64,000 nucleotides of DNA from an uncultured virus (IMG/VR IMGVR_UViG_3300025018_003789) (taxonomy: Duplodnaviria > Heunggongvirae > Uroviricota > Caudoviricetes): IMG/VR virus record IMGVR_UViG_3300025018_003789; one strand, given 5' to 3'. Shown here one piece after another: positions 48,350 through 58,885 of the stretch (position 1 is its first letter; the number at the start of each line of letters is the position of its first letter). The position numbers and the translations under genes were made by a program. Below the pieces are notes generated by a model, which saw only the letters and a program-made list of their open reading frames with translations, searched no databases and was not told the origin of the DNA.

Positions 48350-48374
48350 CCATCTTAGTGAGATTCTGTAATTT
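48335..48374 (+). promoter_or_regulatory. GGCC-N7-TTGACC promoter
   Basis: TTGACC-N17-TAATTT. Confidence 0.6.
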
Positions 48375-48410
48375 AAACCTATCTGAAGCGCAAAGAAAGG
48401 CGTGGTTTGA

Positions 48411-48599
48411 ATGCCCGAATCTCATCTTCCAATCATTCTTAATCTTGATATTTTTAATGAAAACTTAAGTAGAAGTGATATCTTCTGTATTGGTGTTCAT
48501 ACAGATTCTATGTATGGTTTTTTGGGTGAAAAGGTTAGATCTTTAATTGCAAGAAATGAAAAAGGCAATAGAGAAAACTTCAGGTTTGTTGAATATTGA
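48411..48599 (+). CDS. Hypothetical protein
   Basis: Short ORF. Confidence 0.4.
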   Translation: MPESHLPIILNLDIFNENLSRSDIFCIGVHTDSMYGFLGEKVRSLIARNEKGNRENFRFVEY

Positions 48600-48930
48600 A
48601 AATCCACTTGATGATGCATTCTTTTGTCATGAAAAGAGAGTTTTAGAATTAATTTCAAATTTCCTCAGCGTCCCCAGTGTTCAAGATAGACTTTCTGATG
48701 AACATAAAAATAAATTAAAAGAAGCCATTGAACACTTTGAAGAAAATAAAGATAAAGATAAAGATAAGAGATCTCATAGTATGGTAAAGGGTGAGATTGT
48801 AGTTTATTCCATCTATCTTTTAGTAGTTTATTCAATCACAGACCTGAAGTTTTTTATTCCACTTCAAGGCGTTGGCGAATTAGTTTACGATTGCTATCAA
48901 AAAGAACATGAAGTTTTTGATTTCCAATAA
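48556..48930 (+). CDS. Hypothetical protein
   Basis: ORF. Confidence 0.5.
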   Translation: MKKAIEKTSGLLNIENPLDDAFFCHEKRVLELISNFLSVPSVQDRLSDEHKNKLKEAIEHFEENKDKDKDKRSHSMVKGEIVVYSIYLLVVYSITDLKFFIPLQGVGELVYDCYQKEHEVFDFQ

Positions 48931-48945
48931 AAATGGAGAAGAAAA

Positions 48946-49593
48946 ATGAGCAAAGATTTCTTGTCGTTCGACATTGATTATTACACTCAGTTTTCAAACG
49001 GTGGTGAGAAGATTGTGAACATGATAGATCGTTTAGTCGATCTAGATGTTCCAATAAGAACATTTGTTTATCACCATGAAATGTTAAGTTTCGTAAACAA
49101 GTTTCCAAGCGATAGATTGATAACAATAGATTATCATTCGGATCTTGCAGATTTTGATATCTCTTTAGCGAGAAAAGATACAAAGTATAGAAAGAAAGCA
49201 GGAGTTGTTTTTAACGAAGGAACTTGGTGTAATTATGTCAAGTGGCGAGAAGATGCAGAGTTTGTTTGGGTATATCCAGACAAAGAATGTATGTATGAAG
49301 TACGTGATGGTTATCGCCATAGAGGATCGGGACGTTGCGATACTGGCACGAGTCCTTTTTTGTATGATGTTTCTGGTTGGAAAAAGACCAGAAGTCAACT
49401 AATAGGTATTCCAAGAGACCTTTCGAATGTACAAGCTGTAGGTATTTGTATCTCTCCAGATTGGATTGATGTGGATAAGATCTCAATGGCAATAAAAAGA
49501 ATGCAAGATCACAAGATAATTAGCAGACGTGTTATTAATCGTTTGAAACAAGTTATAGATAAAGATATTAGACCAGAATTGGTTCTAAATTAA
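48946..49593 (+). CDS. UPF0489/arginase-like fold protein
   Basis: LSFDIDY, HHE, IDYHSDL, ICISPDW. Confidence 0.6.
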   Translation: MSKDFLSFDIDYYTQFSNGGEKIVNMIDRLVDLDVPIRTFVYHHEMLSFVNKFPSDRLITIDYHSDLADFDISLARKDTKYRKKAGVVFNEGTWCNYVKWREDAEFVWVYPDKECMYEVRDGYRHRGSGRCDTGTSPFLYDVSGWKKTRSQLIGIPRDLSNVQAVGICISPDWIDVDKISMAIKRMQDHKIISRRVINRLKQVIDKDIRPELVLN

Positions 49594-49605
49594 AGGATAG
49601 AGGAT

Positions 49606-50433
49606 ATGCAATTGCCTTATTTAAAGTGGGACTCTGAAATAAGAATCACAGAGTTTAACATAAAATTCAAAATAGTTTTCATTCAGGACGAAAGTTCTTA
49701 TTATGCTTTCACTCTACAAGACAATAAGTCTAGAGAAATCGAAAGACAAAAACTTTTCTCCGTTCAAGACTTGAAGAAAAGAATTGAAATAATAAAAAAG
49801 AATCATAAAGATGAAAGCGATCTTCCTAATGAGGAAGATATATTGGATGAAAATCTAAGAATTAGTTTTCAACGTTATATCAACGAATTCTTTCAACGTG
49901 AAATATCTCTTTGGAAAAAAAGAGACACAAGAGAACCTTTTGATGTGAGAGTCAATGGAACTCATACTCAAAATGGTGTTACTTTATTATTTTTCAAAGA
50001 AAGATTTCTTGGTTTTGAATTTAATGGTGTTTTGATGTCACATAGTCTAACAGAAGATTTGGAATTCCACGATGTCCAAAAGAGATATTATGAAGTTTTA
50101 GATCTTGATCCAGACTATTCATTAGTTCCACTAAATTCAGTCTCGAAAGAAAAAGGCACTCTTTCAAAATTAACAGATGGTGATTGGTCTGTGTGGGAAA
50201 AGAATAAAAATATAACTTCCAAATATGATTCTAATTCCTTTAGACTTTCAGAAAAAAAGTTGTGTTACGACAATAGAAAAGACATGGTGGGTTTCGTTAG
50301 ATTTCTTTTAGATGAGCACTTGAAAAGATTCAAAGGATATAGATTAGTTAAAGTAGGTAAAATTAAAAAGCCTAAGCCAATCATTGTAAGTTTATCTCAA
50401 ATGGAAGATTTAGCAAAGAAGCTAAATTCATAG
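49606..50433 (+). CDS. Hypothetical protein
   Basis: ORF with SD. Confidence 0.6.
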   Translation: MQLPYLKWDSEIRITEFNIKFKIVFIQDESSYYAFTLQDNKSREIERQKLFSVQDLKKRIEIIKKNHKDESDLPNEEDILDENLRISFQRYINEFFQREISLWKKRDTREPFDVRVNGTHTQNGVTLLFFKERFLGFEFNGVLMSHSLTEDLEFHDVQKRYYEVLDLDPDYSLVPLNSVSKEKGTLSKLTDGDWSVWEKNKNITSKYDSNSFRLSEKKLCYDNRKDMVGFVRFLLDEHLKRFKGYRLVKVGKIKKPKPIIVSLSQMEDLAKKLNS

Positions 50434-50448
50434 AATGGAGATATAGAG

Positions 50449-50928
50449 ATGAATTTAATTTGCTCTAAGAGTTTAGAGAGATTGAAGAAGTCAGTAAACT
50501 CAACAAAAAATCCAATCATACAAATTGAATTTCATCTAGAAGATGATGGGAGTGTTATCCCTGAAATTTACCCATTTGATATAATTCAATCTAAATCGAA
50601 ATTAGAAGATGGAATATTAATCTCGGCTTTTAGATTGAAGGCTAAGATAATGCATGGATATCCAGGTGAAAAAAATGAATATCTATCTCCGCATAAATTA
50701 GAAGATGCTTATTTTATATCTGAGGTTTTCGATAAGAATCCACAATATATTAATCAAGTAAAGATTAAAAGTGTAAAAAACAATATTATATTTTCTGACT
50801 TTTATTCTTTTAAATTCAAGCCATATAAAGGACATTACTATTTTAAGTTTCAACATACAAAAAATACAGAGGTAGTAAAGCACTTAAAAGAAATAAAAGA
50901 TAACCCTTATATGCATATAGAGATATGA
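50449..50928 (+). CDS. Hypothetical protein (C-terminal YMHIEI)
   Basis: ORF with GGAG SD. Confidence 0.6.
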   Translation: MNLICSKSLERLKKSVNSTKNPIIQIEFHLEDDGSVIPEIYPFDIIQSKSKLEDGILISAFRLKAKIMHGYPGEKNEYLSPHKLEDAYFISEVFDKNPQYINQVKIKSVKNNIIFSDFYSFKFKPYKGHYYFKFQHTKNTEVVKHLKEIKDNPYMHIEI

Positions 50929-50929
50929 A

Positions 50930-51388
50930 ATGTTTTTTACAAGGAAAGATTCTCACTCTTTAAAAGGTTTAACGTTTTACAACAACGATGAATCCTGCGT
51001 TATCAGTATCCCTTCGTGTGAGCTTATAGAATTAGAATTTTTAGGACCAGGAAAAGTATTTCACAAAGACTATAGTAATTATTCACCTCAGTTTTTCAAT
51101 CCTCCTATTTTAACTACAACCTTAGAACTAACTTTCAAATCTAATGAAAATTTAAGTTTAAGTGTAGTTATAAATTTAAGGGAAATGAGAGATGTAAGGT
51201 TTAATTATGATGATTATTTCATTAGAACAAGATTGATTCGGCCAATAAGAGTTGACCACTTATACGAAATAGATTATATTGTATTGGAAATTGACGAAAG
51301 AATCAATTCTATAAAGCAATCAAAAGAAATGCAAATTAAAGAAGAAAGGAAAGAAGTCAAAACAGATTTTGATTTCTTAGAAATATAA
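50930..51388 (+). CDS. Hypothetical protein (C-terminal FDFLEI)
   Basis: ORF. Confidence 0.6.
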   Translation: MFFTRKDSHSLKGLTFYNNDESCVISIPSCELIELEFLGPGKVFHKDYSNYSPQFFNPPILTTTLELTFKSNENLSLSVVINLREMRDVRFNYDDYFIRTRLIRPIRVDHLYEIDYIVLEIDERINSIKQSKEMQIKEERKEVKTDFDFLEI

Positions 51389-51389
51389 T

Positions 51390-51749
51390 ATGAGTTATGA
51401 CATCAGTTTATTAGATCCAGTAACGAAAAAAACAATTCAGTTAGATTCTCCCCATCAAATCAAAGGTGGAACTTACGCTTTTGGTGGAACACAAGAAGCG
51501 TGGTTGAATATAACTTACAACTATTCAACTTTCTTCTATAAGTATATTGATGAAGAAAAGGGCATTAGATTCATCTATGGTAAAACCGGATCTGAAGCAA
51601 TCCCTATTCTCAAGGAAGCTATATCTAAGATGGGAGATGATGTAGATGAAGATTATTGGAAACCAACAGAAGGTAATACAAAAAGAGCACTACACGGACT
51701 AATCGCACTTGCCACATTAAGACCAGATGGAATATTCGAAGGAGATTAA
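51390..51749 (+). CDS. Conserved phage-type hypothetical protein
   Basis: MSYDI..NITYNYS..YW..TEGN..RPDG. Confidence 0.65.
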   Translation: MSYDISLLDPVTKKTIQLDSPHQIKGGTYAFGGTQEAWLNITYNYSTFFYKYIDEEKGIRFIYGKTGSEAIPILKEAISKMGDDVDEDYWKPTEGNTKRALHGLIALATLRPDGIFEGD

Positions 51750-51752
51750 ATC

Positions 51753-52253
51753 ATGGGAACAAGATCGTCAGTTATAGTTTTAAATGAAAATAAAGATAAG
51801 ATCATAAACTTATATAGACAGTTTGATGGCTATCCAGAAGGTATGGGTAAGGATATATTTAATGTCTTTGGAAATATTAAACTTACAAATGGTTTTAACT
51901 CCGATCAAGAACAGGAAAATTGCTGGGCAAACGGCATGGAAGATTTGGCAGAAATGGTTGTCTGTGAAATAAAGAATCAATGTAAAACTTCCACTAAATT
52001 TAATTCAGACACTTATGAAAAAAAACAAGATTATGATCTTCTAGGAATTGGTAATGTTTATCTTTATCCAGTAGATTTCGAAAACGAACAATCTTATAAA
52101 TATGTTATTTATCCGGTAGATTATGAAGATGAAAACGAATATAAAAAAGTATATATGTCTTGCACTTCGTCCGGTGAAAAAGAACCAATGTATGATGGTC
52201 CAATGTCTGGTTTTGGCGATTGGTTAGACTCCTTAAAAGATGAAGAGCAATGA
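51753..52253 (+). CDS. Conserved phage-type hypothetical protein
   Basis: MGTRS..YRQFDGYP..NGMEDLA. Confidence 0.65.
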   Translation: MGTRSSVIVLNENKDKIINLYRQFDGYPEGMGKDIFNVFGNIKLTNGFNSDQEQENCWANGMEDLAEMVVCEIKNQCKTSTKFNSDTYEKKQDYDLLGIGNVYLYPVDFENEQSYKYVIYPVDYEDENEYKKVYMSCTSSGEKEPMYDGPMSGFGDWLDSLKDEEQ

Positions 52254-52552
52254 TATTTCATAAAGATATATATAAAGAGGGATACAAACGTGGATGGCGT
52301 CTTGGCTTAAGAAGTACGTGCCCTTATGAAGATGATTCCGATGAATATGAAAGTTGGCACCTTGGTTTTGACTATAAAAATTCAAAAGTCTATTCTTCTT
52401 TTTTGATGGCTAAGTTTGCAATTCCTGATATGGACTTAGAACTATATAAAGAACTTATGGCATTTGCACAGGATGACAAGATGCCATCTAAAGATTGGCC
52501 AATTACCTTGACAGATGAAGTTTCTTTAGGTAAAGATACAGAAGAGTCCTGA
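52250..52552 (+). CDS. Hypothetical protein
   Basis: Y.EGY..G..CPY...W..GF pattern. Confidence 0.55.
   Translation: MIFHKDIYKEGYKRGWRLGLRSTCPYEDDSDEYESWHLGFDYKNSKVYSSFLMAKFAIPDMDLELYKELMAFAQDDKMPSKDWPITLTDEVSLGKDTEES
52497..52513 (+). promoter_or_regulatory. GGCC-N7-TTGACA promoter
   Basis: Recurrent motif near a gene end. Confidence 0.55.
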
Positions 52553-52564
52553 GAGATTTGTTTT

Positions 52565-52777
52565 ATGAAGATACAAGATGTGGAACTAACCGAAGAACAC
52601 AAAGGCAAGTTTGTAACATACAAAACTACTGATGAAAGTGGTGTAATTTCTTCATGGAACGAAGAGTACGTATTTGTGAAATACGTAGGTAGATATGGAC
52701 TCCAAGAAACATCTAAAGGAAAATCAAATGGAATCGAATATTCTAGTCCCAAAGAAAATAAAGGTAGGATTCAATGA
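52565..52777 (+). CDS. Hypothetical protein
   Basis: ORF. Confidence 0.45.
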   Translation: MKIQDVELTEEHKGKFVTYKTTDESGVISSWNEEYVFVKYVGRYGLQETSKGKSNGIEYSSPKENKGRIQ

Positions 52778-53837
52778 TCGTAATGATACTTACACAAAGA
52801 AGCTTGCCTATGTCATCTATTATGATGAACGGGGAAAACTAAGGAAAGAAACCTCTTGGGAGAGTTGGCGAGATAAGAACATTGATCCTCAAGAATTCGA
52901 TAATGAACCAGTATCAGGTTTTGTGTTGAACAAGAAGGTCGGCGGTCAAACTTGGGGATGGAATCCACGACAAACTTATTGTCGTGTTTACGATCCAAGA
53001 GGATTTGAGTTTGAAATAACAGTTCCAAACCTCCTTTGGATTCTTGAAAATACAAATTCTATAAAAGGCAAAGGTCTTGAAGGTGATTTTGTTTACGGTT
53101 GGTCTGGTAAAGAGTTGCTTCTAGTTCCTGTAGAGTCACCTGACTATAAAGAAATCAAGGCTTTCAGCGATGGACTTCTATCTCCAAATAGAATAGGAGT
53201 AAGAGATTTAATTGTTGGTGCGACATACAAGTTTTCAACTGGCGACGAATATGTTTATCTTGGACGTTTCCCTGAGTATGAGAATAATAAATATCTTGGT
53301 GGGGTAATGAAGGATAAGAATAACTTCTATTTCTATAACACAGAATATCTTGGAAAAGATAAAAAACACCAGAGATATTCAACCAGAGAGTATTGGTCAA
53401 TCAAAACTTGGAAATCGCTTCCAAAGATAGCACAATGTATTGACGATCAATCTCATTCGCAATATGCAGAACTCATGGATCTGTTGGAAGAAGAGCCTAG
53501 ATGTAAGTCTCCACAACAATATGAGATTGAAAAGATACCATATATATTTGAAGAGTTTAGAAAACATGTGGCTGACAATATTCAAATGAGTTCTTCACAA
53601 CACCGTTCTATGTCAATAACGGTTGTTTCAGAAAAACTTAAAGATTGTACATTGGGACTTCTTTATGGCTATTTGTCTGAAAATCATAGTCTTGAAAAAC
53701 TATTAAATGGTGATTTTTTCTACACTCATCATTCAGGCTACAAAGAACTCGGACTGAAAGATTTTTTTGATATGGTCAAACCTATCAAAGTGAAGTTACG
53801 CAAAAAAAACCCATCTGGAGAAACAACAAATGCCTAA
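52728..53837 (+). CDS. Conserved phage-type hypothetical protein
   Basis: PKKIKVGF..KLAYVIYYD..RKE.SW..RVYDPRGFEFEIT. Confidence 0.7.
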   Translation: MESNILVPKKIKVGFNDRNDTYTKKLAYVIYYDERGKLRKETSWESWRDKNIDPQEFDNEPVSGFVLNKKVGGQTWGWNPRQTYCRVYDPRGFEFEITVPNLLWILENTNSIKGKGLEGDFVYGWSGKELLLVPVESPDYKEIKAFSDGLLSPNRIGVRDLIVGATYKFSTGDEYVYLGRFPEYENNKYLGGVMKDKNNFYFYNTEYLGKDKKHQRYSTREYWSIKTWKSLPKIAQCIDDQSHSQYAELMDLLEEEPRCKSPQQYEIEKIPYIFEEFRKHVADNIQMSSSQHRSMSITVVSEKLKDCTLGLLYGYLSENHSLEKLLNGDFFYTHHSGYKELGLKDFFDMVKPIKVKLRKKNPSGETTNA

Positions 53838-54267
53838 GAAGACCGCAACAAACAAAAACGATCAAGTTGTTTTCGCACTACAGGAACAAATCAAAAAGAA
53901 GAAGGCTTCACTTAAAAGTAGTGAACGCTTTTCTCCAATTACAAATTGCTCCCTTAATATTGACGGTGAAAGACACAACCTTAATGTCGTTGATATTGAC
54001 TTGTGTAAAATCCTTCTTATGAAGATCCACCTTCTTTTGACCGCTGCGAAAGATTTGCAGCTAGAATATGTCTTTTTTTCAGGGTTTTCTCTTGAAGACT
54101 GGAAGACCGACCTTCAATCGAAACTCGCTTATCTTGGACGGAAGACCGAAGAGGCGAAACTTAAGACGATGGAAGATAAACTTCAACAGTTACTCAGCCA
54201 AGAAGCACGGGTGGGTATTGAACTTGAGTCTATTGCCAACGAACTTGGCATTGATGACTTAGAGTAA
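53830..54267 (+). CDS. Hypothetical protein
   Basis: GGAG SD; TNCSL..DW..DL. Confidence 0.65.
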   Translation: MPKKTATNKNDQVVFALQEQIKKKKASLKSSERFSPITNCSLNIDGERHNLNVVDIDLCKILLMKIHLLLTAAKDLQLEYVFFSGFSLEDWKTDLQSKLAYLGRKTEEAKLKTMEDKLQQLLSQEARVGIELESIANELGIDDLE

Positions 54268-54279
54268 GGTACAAAAAAT

Positions 54280-54702
54280 ATGTCAGAAAGCCTCTTTCGT
54301 TCAGAACCCTGTGCCATTCCAGAAGATTATAGAGATTTGTTTTTTGAATTCTTCTTGTCTAAGAGTCAAAAATATAATTTCGTAATCAAAGAGGAAGGTG
54401 ATAAGATCACTGCCATTCCAGACGATTCAGGAATAAGTCCTGTTCAGTTAGAATGTCATCTTATCTCTTTTCCAACAGTTCAAACTATGGAAGGAAGCAT
54501 CACAGATGAAAATCCTTGGGGTAATCTTGAATTTATAGACAAAGGGGAGACAGGCATTCAACCCAGAATTACAATTCTTCCAAGTCAGGAGGGCCATTAC
54601 TCTGGCTCTCCTTCCTTGGATAAGTGTTTTTTAGAACATCATATCGCCGGAACATTCAGACAAAAGGAGTTTTGCGGTGGAATATTCAGCAAAAGAGATT
54701 AG
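54280..54702 (+). CDS. Hypothetical protein
   Basis: ORF. Confidence 0.55.
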   Translation: MSESLFRSEPCAIPEDYRDLFFEFFLSKSQKYNFVIKEEGDKITAIPDDSGISPVQLECHLISFPTVQTMEGSITDENPWGNLEFIDKGETGIQPRITILPSQEGHYSGSPSLDKCFLEHHIAGTFRQKEFCGGIFSKRD

Positions 54703-55048
54703 GGAAGTGTCAGAAGGGCTTGGTGTAGCCATGTCAGATATGGCATTAGATGGAGAAGTAGGATCTAGATTGGATTCTAATTTAAGATTCATGAGAAGAG
54801 CCATCTCCATTTTAAATTCTATAGCTAATGAAAATCCCAATGAATCAGAAAGAATTTCAGCGAAGTATGCATCTTCTTTCCCAGAGATAATTGGTAAAAA
54901 TTTAGATGAAGCTAAGAAGATGTTGCCCGACGTTAAAGAATGGATCGATATTAATTCAAATCCAGTTATCACCGCAGAATATAATCTTGGAAGAGTAACA
55001 TATAAAAAAGATAAATATGGATTAATTTGGTATATAAATAGAGGATGA
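54677..55048 (+). CDS. Hypothetical protein
   Basis: ORF. Confidence 0.55.
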   Translation: MEYSAKEIREVSEGLGVAMSDMALDGEVGSRLDSNLRFMRRAISILNSIANENPNESERISAKYASSFPEIIGKNLDEAKKMLPDVKEWIDINSNPVITAEYNLGRVTYKKDKYGLIWYINRG

Positions 55049-55052
55049 TTTA

Positions 55053-55247
55053 ATGAATAAAGATTATGAAAAGGCAAAAGAACTTGGACTCACATCTAAG
55101 GATCGATGGGAAGAAGGACTTGACCATCATCCAAAGAGTGTTCAGGTTCTTGATTTTTTAAGGGAGCATTACGCCAAAGACTACCAAGATAGTTTTGATT
55201 GGAATGTCGGTGGAGACGGCGATGAAAGCGGCGGTCAATGCCATTAA
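55053..55247 (+). CDS. Hypothetical protein (possibly truncated)
   Basis: ORF with SD. Confidence 0.45.
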   Translation: MNKDYEKAKELGLTSKDRWEEGLDHHPKSVQVLDFLREHYAKDYQDSFDWNVGGDGDESGGQCH

Positions 55248-55428
55248 ATCCAAGTCGTCTCGTTTGCCTGACTTTGAAAAAGATGAAGGTCATATAAATA
55301 GAGAAGGAAAACAATTGCTCCACAATATTGATGAAATTCAATACCACATCAATAGATATAAAAAATACAAAGAAATACACGAAGAATTAAAAAAAGAATT
55401 GAAAGATAAAAGGGAATCAAAATCATGA
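55195..55428 (+). CDS. Hypothetical protein or fragment
   Basis: ORF overlapping previous. Confidence 0.4.
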   Translation: MIGMSVETAMKAAVNAIKSKSSRLPDFEKDEGHINREGKQLLHNIDEIQYHINRYKKYKEIHEELKKELKDKRESKS

Positions 55429-55766
55429 TTACAAATAGACCTCATTATAGACAAATAAAGTTGGAAATTTTAATTAAGACTACAAGTAATTTAATCAAAC
55501 TCAATCTAATTAAAATGGCAGGTTCAAAAGATTTCTCGCCTTTCTTTAAGGAAGAAAAAACGGGAGAAAAAGGGTTGGAAGAAAGAGAAATTAAAAGATT
55601 CAATACCTCTATTTTAGTCTCAGGACTAGGACAGTACGATGATGCAATGGACCCTAGAGTCTTTCTTTCAATTGAATTCGAAAAAGGATTTGTTTATGAA
55701 GAAAACTTTACTATCCATAACATAAGACCGCAAGCTATAGAATCTATATCAGTAAAAGAAATATAA
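55425..55766 (+). CDS. Hypothetical protein
   Basis: ATGA coupling. Confidence 0.55.
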   Translation: MITNRPHYRQIKLEILIKTTSNLIKLNLIKMAGSKDFSPFFKEEKTGEKGLEEREIKRFNTSILVSGLGQYDDAMDPRVFLSIEFEKGFVYEENFTIHNIRPQAIESISVKEI

Positions 55767-55789
55767 TATAAAATTAATGGAAAATTTAA

Positions 55790-56221
55790 ATGACGGAAGA
55801 ACAGAAGCAAAATATTATAGATGAAATTCTAGAAGAGTTTGACTTCGATAGAGTGTATCGTGTAATGGTAATGCTTGATTGGAGATGGTGTCTACCTGTC
55901 GGTGAAAGAACCTTTGAATACGATCATATTCAAGGAAATATGAGAACTCCTACTTTAGACGAATTAAAAAATTCTGCCGCCAGAATCCTTAGAGATGTCA
56001 TGAAGTCCGCAGAGAAGAACACTCATGAAACAGTTTTGACGGGATCTGGAGGTCTTATGGCATACGCTTATTATGAAGATACTCTTGATATGATTAATAT
56101 AGATCTCACATTTCAAGTCACCTCTTGGTTTGTTAATGAGTTTGAAATCAATAGAGTGTACAATAAAAAAGTAGAGATTAATAATGTAAGGTTAGATTTA
56201 TTTGAGGATTTAGAAATATGA
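55790..56221 (+). CDS. Hypothetical protein (C-terminal FEDLEI)
   Basis: FDFDRV..VM..LDWRW..GSGG pattern. Confidence 0.65.
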   Translation: MTEEQKQNIIDEILEEFDFDRVYRVMVMLDWRWCLPVGERTFEYDHIQGNMRTPTLDELKNSAARILRDVMKSAEKNTHETVLTGSGGLMAYAYYEDTLDMINIDLTFQVTSWFVNEFEINRVYNKKVEINNVRLDLFEDLEI

Positions 56222-56658
56222 GTGAATATAATGAAGACGATTATGATGACCGTGAAGATGAATATAGTGATGGATTCATTCCCATTTCATTTCCCAATAT
56301 AAATATACATAGAACCGGAACTTTTGATGATGTAAGGGAAAATACTAGACTTGATTATAGAGATTTACTCGAAGCCTTTGATCGAATTCGAAGAGACCAA
56401 GGAAAGAAAGTTAGCAGTGAATGTAATGACGTTGAATCACTCACCGATTATCTTGTTGAACAAGATGAATTTATACAATATGCATTAGAGTCAACTCAAA
56501 CAAGAGAAGAAGATATAGACTATTCAAGGACTATTGTCGAAGACGACTACGAAGATGAAATCTTTAAAGCAGCCGCCGAATGTACAAAAAATAAGTTTTA
56601 TGAAAGTCAATGGCGGGAAATAGGGAAGAAGCATCTTGATAAAAAATGCGACTGTTAA
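56218..56658 (+). CDS. Hypothetical acidic protein; in-frame tail beyond its stop ends FEDIEI at 56715
   Basis: ORF. Confidence 0.55.
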   Translation: MSEYNEDDYDDREDEYSDGFIPISFPNINIHRTGTFDDVRENTRLDYRDLLEAFDRIRRDQGKKVSSECNDVESLTDYLVEQDEFIQYALESTQTREEDIDYSRTIVEDDYEDEIFKAAAECTKNKFYESQWREIGKKHLDKKCDC

Positions 56659-56741
56659 AAAGAAGACAACACAACCAAATTTACTAAAGATGATTTCGAA
56701 GATATAGAAATCTAGAAAAGATAGACTATGAAAGAAGGTGG

Positions 56742-56939
56742 ATGATGAAGACAGACATAGTGGATATGAGAAAACATGCAGATCAAGCGCATTCAATTAG
56801 TATTGATGACTTTGAGGATTGGGCGCAGGATGCAGCAAACTACATGTATTCTTCATCTAGTGAAATTGCCGAATTACGGGACAAGGTAGATAGTCTTGAG
56901 AAGATGAAGTATAAAAAACCAAATGAAATAAAAAAATGA
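56742..56939 (+). CDS. Hypothetical protein
   Basis: Short ORF. Confidence 0.45.
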   Translation: MMKTDIVDMRKHADQAHSISIDDFEDWAQDAANYMYSSSSEIAELRDKVDSLEKMKYKKPNEIKK

Positions 56940-56949
56940 GTCTAGAGCA

Positions 56950-57150
56950 ATGAAACTCATTATACACTACTTCGTTGCACTAGCAAACCTAGCATTTTTT
57001 ATAATACTTTTTAATCATCCAGATATGTATGGTAAACTTCTGGCCGGACTGGGGATAGCCTTTACATTAACATTCTTAATTGTCTTACCAGAATTAAGAG
57101 CAGATAGATTGAGCGAACTACAAGACCTAGAAGATTTGAGAGAAAAATGA
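56950..57150 (+). CDS. Small two-TM membrane protein
   Basis: Two hydrophobic segments. Confidence 0.5.
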   Translation: MKLIIHYFVALANLAFFIILFNHPDMYGKLLAGLGIAFTLTFLIVLPELRADRLSELQDLEDLREK

Positions 57151-57410
57151 AACTGTATGCCATATTGTCAGATGAATATGAATATGTGGAACCCGTATTA
57201 GATTACGGAGAAGGTCCAACATTCCATACACGAGACGCATTGTTTGTTATAGCAGAAAATAGAAATAAAGCAAATTATTACTATCAAAAGAAACATCACC
57301 GAAAAACTCTTTACGATGTTAGAGACTGGCAAAAGTGTAAGATTAAACTTGCACAAGAAATAGATTTGCCAGCGGGAGAAATGACACTAGACCAAGCATA
57401 TGAATTATGA
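57147..57410 (+). CDS. Hypothetical protein
   Basis: ATGA coupling. Confidence 0.5.
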   Translation: MKLYAILSDEYEYVEPVLDYGEGPTFHTRDALFVIAENRNKANYYYQKKHHRKTLYDVRDWQKCKIKLAQEIDLPAGEMTLDQAYEL

Positions 57411-57590
57411 ATAGAATTCCCTCTATAAAGGAAGAGAAAATGTTTACATACAAATTAATAACAAATGAAAAAGATGTTGATCTAAAAAGATCAACCAAGA
57501 GAAGCAAATCAAATAAAACTTTGGAATTTATACAAGATAGAATCTATATTCCACTTCATCAAAGACGCTGTTAAAGAAATTGAAGAGGAT

Positions 57591-58334
57591 ATGAAAGATC
57601 CACTCTTCCTCCTACACTTCGATGATTATGCAGAAATTACTTTTACGCCAAAAGAAGAAGTTCTTAAAGAATACGAAGAAGATTTAGAATCTTCTAAAAA
57701 ATCACTGGCTATATGGACACAAGTCTTGGACAGAGGAAGACCATTTAAACTTAATAGTCAATCATATACAATAGAAGAAGTCGAACAAGCCATAGATGAA
57801 GATGAAAAAGACATTGTAGAATTACAAGAATACATCGATTATCTGAAAAAAGGCGGGGAGAAAGAGGTAAAAGATGAATATAATAAATCTCTACCTATTG
57901 ATGAAGACGATCTTAAAGATAAGATAGAAATCACTACTACCAACAGTAGAAGCGCTATAAGAAATAGAGATACCAAAGAAACACTTAAGATTGTAGATAA
58001 ACCTAAGGCCGAAACAAAAATCATTACAAAAGAACAAATCAAAGAATATGAAGAGACAACCAAACAACTAGCAGAACTTACAAAAAATAAACTGGCTCTA
58101 GAAAAAGAAATACAAGACTTCTTCACAAAAGAATTCTATAAAGATTTTCCAGAATATGTAGGACGTGTATCCGATATAGCCACAATAGCTAACAAAAAAG
58201 AAGCCACATTGTCAGCAACTGTTAAGACCATGTATGACGAAGAATATAAACTTGATAGAATACTCGTCAAATACATAGTAACTAACCGTGAAGTCCTGAA
58301 GACAGAAGACAGAAGAAAGATATACAGATCATAA
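57591..58334 (+). CDS. Hypothetical coiled-coil protein
   Basis: 247 aa ORF. Confidence 0.6.
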   Translation: MKDPLFLLHFDDYAEITFTPKEEVLKEYEEDLESSKKSLAIWTQVLDRGRPFKLNSQSYTIEEVEQAIDEDEKDIVELQEYIDYLKKGGEKEVKDEYNKSLPIDEDDLKDKIEITTTNSRSAIRNRDTKETLKIVDKPKAETKIITKEQIKEYEETTKQLAELTKNKLALEKEIQDFFTKEFYKDFPEYVGRVSDIATIANKKEATLSATVKTMYDEEYKLDRILVKYIVTNREVLKTEDRRKIYRS

Positions 58335-58555
58335 GGGAAATATAGTCCACAAGAAATTTAACGTAGGAAGAAGATAATGTTTAAAAAATACAATCTAACA
58401 GGAAATAAATCTTAATATGTTTGAAATCATTAGCCAATGGCATCCACTTGGACAATTTATATTCTTTGTAATTGTACTGGCAGCAATAGTAGAAACTATA
58501 AGAGTAGTCCTGAATAAGGAAACTAAATGTGATTGTGACAAGGAAGACGAATAAT

Positions 58556-58885
58556 ATGAAGAAAAAATATGAAGTCTTAGCCTACAAAACAATTGAAGTC
58601 GAAATTGACGAATCTAAATTCACTGAATCTTTCTTAGAAGAATATGATCAAAACTTCTATGATCTCAATAAATCCTTGGACAAACATATGGAATCTATTG
58701 CCAAGATGACCTTTCATGGTAATGTCTCTGAATTCGATGAAAATAACTTCATTGAAGGATACGGAAAACAAAAGGATATGGAATCAAAGTGGCTGTCATA
58801 CAAGAACAACAAGAATCAATACCTAATTAAAAGACTATTGATAGCAATATCACTAAAGGCCGGAAGAAAGAAATATGAAAGATAA
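58556..58885 (+). CDS. Hypothetical protein
   Basis: IDESKFTESF..FIEGYG pattern. Confidence 0.5.
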   Translation: MKKKYEVLAYKTIEVEIDESKFTESFLEEYDQNFYDLNKSLDKHMESIAKMTFHGNVSEFDENNFIEGYGKQKDMESKWLSYKNNKNQYLIKRLLIAISLKAGRKKYER